Of a stretch of DNA of 64,000 nucleotides, positions 58,596-64,000 are shown piece by piece. Positions within the stretch are counted from its first letter, which is position 1, and the number at the start of each line of letters is the position of its first letter. Origin of the DNA: an uncultured delta proteobacterium (lineage in GTDB: Bacteria; Myxococcota_A; Polyangia; Polyangiales; Polyangiaceae); contig CAWAIF010000003.1 of the NCBI GenBank assembly GCA_963782055.1, forward strand, positions 5,088,001 through 5,152,000, written 5' to 3'. The notes below the pieces were generated by a model. It was not told the origin of the DNA. It did no database searches and saw only the letters and a list, made by a program, of their open reading frames with translations. A program made the translations under genes and the position numbers.

Positions 58596-59690
58596 ATGAC
58601 CCCCGACCTCTCACGGGTCGTCTTCGACGACCTCGGGCCCGAGCGGATCCACTGCTTGTACGACCCGCGAACCAACCTGCGCGCGGTGGTCGTGATCGAC
58701 ACGACGCGCTTCATGATCTCGGGTGGCGGTGTGCGCATGGCGCCCGACGTGTCGGTGAGCGAGGTGGCGCGGCTCTCGCGCGCGATGACGCTGAAGTACG
58801 CGATGCTCGAGATGCCCTGCGGCGGCGCGAAGGCAGGGATCTCCCTGGACCCGGCCGACCCGTCACGACCGGCCGTGATGGCCGCCTTCGTGCGCGCCAT
58901 CAAGCCGCTCGTCGAGACGGGGGCGTTCATGCCCGGCGCCGACATGGGAACCTCGGGCGCGGACTTCGCAGCGCTCTGGGGCGAGCGCGCCGGCATGAAC
59001 CTCGCCTCGGAGACGTTCGAGGGGATGCCGCTGGAGGCGCAGCTCACCGGCGCCGGCGTCGTCGCGGCGACAAGGGCGGCGTGCGAGGCGCTCTCGCGAC
59101 CGCTGCGCGGCGCGACGGTGGCCATCGAGGGCTTCGGCAAGGTGGGCGCGGGCGCGGCGAAGTTCTTCGTGCGAGAGGGGGCGCGCGTCGTGGCGATCTC
59201 GACCGTGCACGGCGGGCTCTACGACCCCGAAGGGCTCGACGTGACGGCGCTCCTCGCGCTGCGCGCGGAGCACGGTGACGACGTCATTTCACGCGCGACG
59301 CGAGGCCGGCGCGTCGCGCGCGAGGCCCTCTTCACCCTCCCCGTCGACGTGCTCGTCCCCGGTGCGCGTCCCGACGTGATCGACGCCGACAACGTCGAGC
59401 GCATCGAGGCGAAGCTGGTCGTCCCCGCCGCGAACATCCCCTACGCCGAGGGGACGCTCCGGCGCCTGCACGCGCGTGGCGTCGTCGCGCTGCCGGACTT
59501 CGTCACCAACGCGGGCGGCGTGCTCGCGGCGATGGCCAGCATCGAGGGACGGAGCGCGACGGGCACGTTCGAGCTCGTCGCGGACCGCGTCGCGAAGAAC
59601 GTGAAGCTGGTGATGGAGACGGCGCGCTCGCGCGGCGTCTCCCCGTTCGATGCGGCCGTCTGGCTCGCCCGCTCACGCCTGGCTCAATAG
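58596..59690 (+). CDS. Glu/Leu/Phe/Val dehydrogenase family protein
   Basis: GGVRM, AMTLK, GGAKAG, GADMGT, TGAGV, EGFGKVG, PAAN, PDFVTNAGG. Confidence 0.92.
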   Translation: MTPDLSRVVFDDLGPERIHCLYDPRTNLRAVVVIDTTRFMISGGGVRMAPDVSVSEVARLSRAMTLKYAMLEMPCGGAKAGISLDPADPSRPAVMAAFVRAIKPLVETGAFMPGADMGTSGADFAALWGERAGMNLASETFEGMPLEAQLTGAGVVAATRAACEALSRPLRGATVAIEGFGKVGAGAAKFFVREGARVVAISTVHGGLYDPEGLDVTALLALRAEHGDDVISRATRGRRVAREALFTLPVDVLVPGARPDVIDADNVERIEAKLVVPAANIPYAEGTLRRLHARGVVALPDFVTNAGGVLAAMASIEGRSATGTFELVADRVAKNVKLVMETARSRGVSPFDAAVWLARSRLAQ

Positions 59691-60166
59691 CGGAGCTTGA
59701 TGTGCGACGTGACGATGGTGCCGGCCTTCACGTCGAACTTCGACTCGTCCCACGTGGGCCGGCTGAACGCGTGGGTGTGGTTGTTCGAGATGCCGTAGCC
59801 CTCGGTCGGCATGCCGAGGAAGTTCTTGTCGAGCTTGCCGTTCGAGTTCTCGTCGTGAATCACGGCGGCGGCGTACGTGCCGGGTGGCATGTCCGCGAAC
59901 GAGCACGAGGTCGTGGTGCCCGTCACCGGAACGTGCTTGCGCATGTCGGTGTGCCGCTTCCAGTTGTCGGGGAAGTCCTTGCCGTTCGGGTAAAGCTGGC
60001 ACCCGAGGAACCCCTTGAGGTTGCGGAAGGTCGACACCTCGAGGACGATCGTGGCGGTCGTGGCGGTCGTGGCGCGCGTGGCGGGCGCGGCCGCGCGAAC
60101 CGTGTGGGGGGAACTCGCCGCGAGCGCGATCAACGCACCGAGCACGAGGTTTCGAGACTGCGACAT
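59684..60166 (-). CDS. DUF2141 secreted protein
   Basis: PGTYAAAVIHDENSNGKLDKNFLGMPTEGYGISNN signature. Confidence 0.92.
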   Translation of the reverse strand: MSQSRNLVLGALIALAASSPHTVRAAAPATRATTATTATIVLEVSTFRNLKGFLGCQLYPNGKDFPDNWKRHTDMRKHVPVTGTTTSCSFADMPPGTYAAAVIHDENSNGKLDKNFLGMPTEGYGISNNHTHAFSRPTWDESKFDVKAGTIVTSHIKLRY

Positions 60167-60374
60167 CACACGGCAATCATGATCACGGGACGGGCCGCGC
60201 GCACGCGCGCCGGCCGAGAAATTGCGCGCACGGCGCGGGCGGGCTCGGCCGTACGGGACGCAGGCTCCCACGTCTCGCCGTGTTCCCGGTCACACGCTTT
60301 CGTGATCAGCTTCCAGCTTCGCCCTCGCGGCGCAGAGCGCGACGGCCAGCATGCCGTCGGCGGCGCAACTTCCT

Positions 60375-60475
60375 CCGTCACGCGCGCCTTCTTTGCGGGG
60401 CGACGCAAGCTATTGGCGGGGTGGGATGCGATATCGCGGCCTTGCCCTCGTCCCGACGATGGCACTCCGCGTGCA
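60375..60475 (+). promoter_or_regulatory. Sigma54 promoter module, copy B
   Basis: TGCGgggcgaCGCA (60394-60407), GCGATATCGC (60428-60437), TGGCACtccgcgTGCA (60460-60475). Confidence 0.8.
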
Positions 60476-60605
60476 CTGGCGGACGACGCGCACGATCTCG
60501 CGAGGGGTCCGAGGCGCTGAGGAAGGGGACGGCGCGGGTGGTCCCCGCCGCGCATCCGGTGCACCACGGGGTTCATCGATGCGCAGCAACCCAAGGAGCG
60601 AGACC

Positions 60606-61844
60606 ATGAACAGAATCCAGACGCTCTCGAGGTGGCTGATCGCCACGACGTGCGCGTTGACGCTGGTCCCCGTGACCGCGACGTCGGCGAGGGCACAGGC
60701 GCCGGCGGCGACGCCCCAGCAGGCCAGTCCAAAGATACCGAACGATCAGCTGGACTCGCTGGTTGCGCCCATTGCCCTCTATCCGGACCCGCTCCTCGCG
60801 CAGGTCCTCGCGGCCTCCACCTATCCGCTGGAGCTCGTGCAACTCCAGCAGTGGCTGGGACAGCACACGGGTCTGAAGGATCAGGCCCTGGTGGATGCCG
60901 TCGGAAAGGAGGGCTGGGATCCGAGCGTCCAGTCGATGGCCGCGCTCCCGGACGTGCTCAAGATGCTGGCGAACGACATCAAGTGGACCACCGACCTGGG
61001 GAACGCGTTCCTTGCGCAGGAATCCGACGTGATGAGCGCGGTGCAGCGGATGCGCACGAAGGCGAAGGAGAAGGGCGCTCTGAAGTCCACCTCCGAGATG
61101 AAGGTGGTAACGCAGGTCGTGGACAGCCAGACCGTCGTGGTGATCCAGCAGGCCAACCCGAGCGTCATCTATGTCCCGAGCTACAACCCGACCATCGTCT
61201 ACGGCCCGCCGCCCTATCCGTATCCGCCCGTCGCCTATCCGGCCTACCACGCCGCCGCGGGAATGGCCGTCGCCTTCGGCGTAGGCGTGGCCATGGGCGC
61301 CGCCTTCCACGGAGGCTGGGGCTACCACGCAGGCTGGGGCGGGCACGGGAACGTCACCGTCAACCGCAACAACATCTTCGTCAGGAACTCCTCCACCCAT
61401 GTGGGTGGCGGGAACAGCTGGCAGCACAATCCACAGCACCGTGGCGGTGCGCCGTACGGCAACGCGGCCACCGCGCAGAGGTTCGGGGGCCAGACACGTG
61501 GCGCGGCGGCGCGGCGTCCGGCAGGCGCCGGACAGCAACGTGGCGCAGGCGCGGGGCAGCAACATCCGGCGGGCGCGGGACAGCAACGTCCGGCGGGCGC
61601 GGGACAGCAACGTCCGGCGGGCGCGGGACAGCAACGTCCGGCGGGCGCGGGGCAGCAACGTGGCGCCGGCGGGGACCGCGTCGGCAATCGCAGCGTTCCG
61701 TCCGGTGGCGGCCGCGGCGGTGCGTTCGGCGGCGGGTCCGGCAGCTACAGCGGGAACCAGGCCAGGGCGAACAGCTCGCGCGGGGCGGCGAGCACCGGCG
61801 GGCGCAGTGGTGGTCGCAGTGGTGGCGGCGGGCGCCGCAGGTGA
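60606..61844 (+). CDS. DUF3300 domain protein
   Basis: QLDSLVAPIALYPDPLLAQVLAASTYP, WDPSV, LGNAFLAQ, IYVPSYNP; Gly/Arg-rich tail; AAGGAG RBS. Confidence 0.95.
   Translation: MNRIQTLSRWLIATTCALTLVPVTATSARAQAPAATPQQASPKIPNDQLDSLVAPIALYPDPLLAQVLAASTYPLELVQLQQWLGQHTGLKDQALVDAVGKEGWDPSVQSMAALPDVLKMLANDIKWTTDLGNAFLAQESDVMSAVQRMRTKAKEKGALKSTSEMKVVTQVVDSQTVVVIQQANPSVIYVPSYNPTIVYGPPPYPYPPVAYPAYHAAAGMAVAFGVGVAMGAAFHGGWGYHAGWGGHGNVTVNRNNIFVRNSSTHVGGGNSWQHNPQHRGGAPYGNAATAQRFGGQTRGAAARRPAGAGQQRGAGAGQQHPAGAGQQRPAGAGQQRPAGAGQQRPAGAGQQRGAGGDRVGNRSVPSGGGRGGAFGGGSGSYSGNQARANSSRGAASTGGRSGGRSGGGGRRR
61515..61658 (+). repeat. Six in-frame 24-bp tandem repeats ((R/H)(P/G)AGAGQQ)
   Basis: Consensus cgtccggcgggcgcgggacagcaa; a partial seventh unit follows. 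Confidence 0.95.
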
Positions 61845-61855
61845 GGAGGCGAGTC

Positions 61856-62818
61856 ATGATGAACGGAACATCCAGCCATATTGCGTGGGTCGCGCTCCTC
61901 GCCGTGGCGTCCGCCCTGGTCACGGTCGGTTGCGAGAACGCACCACCGCGATCGGTGACGTCCGCGGCGGTGTCGCAGGCGACGTACGCGACCCCGTCCG
62001 CAGCGGCCGACGCGCTCGTCCAGGCGGCCGGGAGCTGGAACGTGCCGGCGTTGATGGAAATCCTGGGGCCGGACGGCAAGGATATCGTCGCCTCCCGGGA
62101 CCAGGTGCAGGACAGGAGCCGCGCCGCGACGTTCGCCGCGAAGGCCAGGGAACGGAAGCACGTGGTCCTCGACCCGACCCACGCCGGCCACGCCACCCTC
62201 GTCGTGGGTGACGAGGACTGGCCGGTCCCCATTCCCATCGTGCAGGACCACGGACGCTGGCGCTTCGACACCGCCGCGGGTCGCCAGGAGATCCTGCGGC
62301 GACGCGTCGGGGCCAACGAGCTCGACGCCATCACCGTGTGCCGCGGCTACGTCGAGGCCCAGGAGGAGTACGCCTCCAGGATTCATGATCAAGCGATGGT
62401 GAATCAGTACGCCCAGCGCATCATCAGCGATCCGGGGAAGCATGACGGGCTGGCGTGGCAGAGCCCGGACGGGACCTGGGGCGGCCCGGTGGGCGAGACG
62501 GTGGCGAAGGCCATCGCGCAGGGCTTCAGTCGAGGCGAGCCCTTCCACGGCTACTACTTCAAGGTCCTGAAGGGGCAGGGCCCCGCGGCTCGCCTCGGCA
62601 AGCTGAACTACGTCATGGACGGGGCGATGATCGGCGGCTTCGCGCTGGCGGCGTGGCCGGCGGAGTACGGCGTCACCGGGGTGCAGACCTTCATCGTCAG
62701 CTACGACGGCGTCGTCTACCAGAAGGACCTCGGCCCGCAGACGAGCAAGACCGCCGCGAGCATGGAGCTCTACGACCCCGACGCGAGCTGGACGCCCACC
62801 GAGGACGCGTGGCAGTGA
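61856..62818 (+). CDS. DUF2950 domain protein
   Basis: WPVPIPIV, WRFDT.AG..E...RR.G.NEL, YAQRIIS.PGKHDGL.W, PFHGYYFK, YGVTGV.TF; GAGGAGG RBS. Confidence 0.95.
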   Translation: MMNGTSSHIAWVALLAVASALVTVGCENAPPRSVTSAAVSQATYATPSAAADALVQAAGSWNVPALMEILGPDGKDIVASRDQVQDRSRAATFAAKARERKHVVLDPTHAGHATLVVGDEDWPVPIPIVQDHGRWRFDTAAGRQEILRRRVGANELDAITVCRGYVEAQEEYASRIHDQAMVNQYAQRIISDPGKHDGLAWQSPDGTWGGPVGETVAKAIAQGFSRGEPFHGYYFKVLKGQGPAARLGKLNYVMDGAMIGGFALAAWPAEYGVTGVQTFIVSYDGVVYQKDLGPQTSKTAASMELYDPDASWTPTEDAWQ

Positions 62819-63032
62819 GCGTCCCGCGCCGGCACGCCACCCCACCCGTGAGCGGCGAAGGCGGCGGGCAGAGCGGCGTCGTCACGCCTCGGTCTCCACG
62901 CGACTCCGACCGTTCCTCTTGGCGCGGTACATCGCGGCGTCGCACTCTGCGCCGTGGACGCGCGCGGCGCAACGGGCGGCACACGTCCCGGCGCCTGGCC
63001 TGCGCCGAAGCCCCGCTCGAGCCGCGCGCCCG

Positions 63033-64000
63033 CTACACCTCCAGCCGGTCGCCGACCTTCGACACCCAGCGGTAGAGCACCGGCAGGAGGAAGATGGACA
63101 GCGCGATACGCGACAGCAGGCCGCCCACGACGACCTGAGCGAACGGCCGCTGGCTGTCGCTCCCGATGGCGTGGGAGAACGCCGCCGGCATCAGCCCGAC
63201 GCACGCCACCAGCGCCGTCATGAGGATGGGGCGCAGCCGAACGGCGGCGCTCTGGCGGGTCGCCTCCTCGATCGAGAAGCCCTCGCGTCGGAGCTTGTTG
63301 GCGTGGCTGATGAAGATGACGCCGGTCTGCACCGAGATGCCGAACAGCGCGAGGAAGCCGAGCCCGGAGCTCACGCTCAGGTTGGTCCTGAGCATCCACA
63401 GCGCGAGGAGGCCGCCTTCGGGCATCGTGAGCGCGACGCTGAGCGCGAGCATCAGCGGGTACTTGAGGTTCCCGTAGAGCCCGAAGATGATGAAGAAGAT
63501 GAGCAGCACCGTCAGCGGCACGATGACCAGCATCTCCTTCTTGGCGTGCAGCAGGTCGCGGTACTCGCCGGCCCAGGTCAACTCGTAGCCCGTCGGGACG
63601 TGGACGCTGGCGTGGACCGCCTTGCGAGCGGCAGCGACCGCCGAACCGAGATCCCGCCCCTCGACCGAGTACTGGACGCCGATGTAGCGAGAGCCGTGCT
63701 CTCGGTAGATGAACGATGCGCCCTGCCCCACCTCCAGGGTCGCGAACGTCGACAGCGGCAGGCGCTGTCCGCTCGGGGTCGTGACCAGGAGCCGCCCGAT
63801 CGCCTGCGGGTTGTCGCGATAGCGCTTGTTCATGCGGACGACCAGGTCGAACTGCCGCTCTCCCTGGATCACCTGCGTGGCTGGAACGCCCCCGACGGCG
63901 GACTCGATCAGGTTGTTGATCGTCGCCACGTCGATGCCGTAGCGCGCCACCTTCTTCCGATCGATCTTCACGTCGAGGCTGGGCTGACCCAGCTCGCGGA
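63033..64000 (-). CDS. CusA/CzcA-type RND efflux permease, C-terminal part
   Basis: GFLALFGISVQTG, RLRPILMTALVA..G.MP, GSDSQRP.A.VVVGG; 5' end outside window. Confidence 0.93.
   Translation of the reverse strand, partial: RELGQPSLDVKIDRKKVARYGIDVATINNLIESAVGGVPATQVIQGERQFDLVVRMNKRYRDNPQAIGRLLVTTPSGQRLPLSTFATLEVGQGASFIYREHGSRYIGVQYSVEGRDLGSAVAAARKAVHASVHVPTGYELTWAGEYRDLLHAKKEMLVIVPLTVLLIFFIIFGLYGNLKYPLMLALSVALTMPEGGLLALWMLRTNLSVSSGLGFLALFGISVQTGVIFISHANKLRREGFSIEEATRQSAAVRLRPILMTALVACVGLMPAAFSHAIGSDSQRPFAQVVVGGLLSRIALSIFLLPVLYRWVSKVGDRLEV

Noticed and set aside
58596..59690. Naming this gene gdhA and linking it to gltBD
   Set aside because: Lacks the KGGxR lysine of glutamate dehydrogenases and lies ~50 kb away in a different context.
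61515..61670. CRISPR array
   Set aside because: Head-to-tail in-frame repeats without spacers.

Overview
Very GC-rich bacterial DNA that looks like a Myxococcota (Polyangiaceae/Labilithrix-like) chromosome, judged from MYXO-CTERM-type tails, many Cys-rich lipoproteins with DAG/DGG linkers, Hanks kinases and an FHA-sigma54 activator. About 45 genes are supportable. They include an M28 peptidase, gltBD, a stand-alone tandem PARP-type zinc-finger protein, a kinase-STAND-TPR / FHA-bEBP module, an outer-membrane barrel plus lipoprotein pair, an Asp-box lipoprotein locus with a G10 tract and a degenerate duplicated cassette, a surface-anchored phage-tail-type lysozyme, an ECF sigma with a double zinc-finger partner, a frameshifted IgGFc-binding-family gene and three tandem DUF4139 paralogues. 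From about 49 kb the DNA looks accessory: an SMI1/KNR4 gene is split by two independent IS elements (IS4/IS231-like and IS21, both with target duplications), followed by DUF1254, a hydrolase / ATP-grasp / amino-acid dehydrogenase trio, DUF2141, DUF3300-DUF2950 and a partial RND pump. Non-coding highlights: a ~100-bp sigma54 promoter module duplicated before DUF1254 and DUF3300, several other -24/-12 promoters, and a recurring TAnnnT 6-8 nt before start codons. No rRNA, tRNA or CRISPR array was seen. All family calls come from motif recognition by eye, not database searches.
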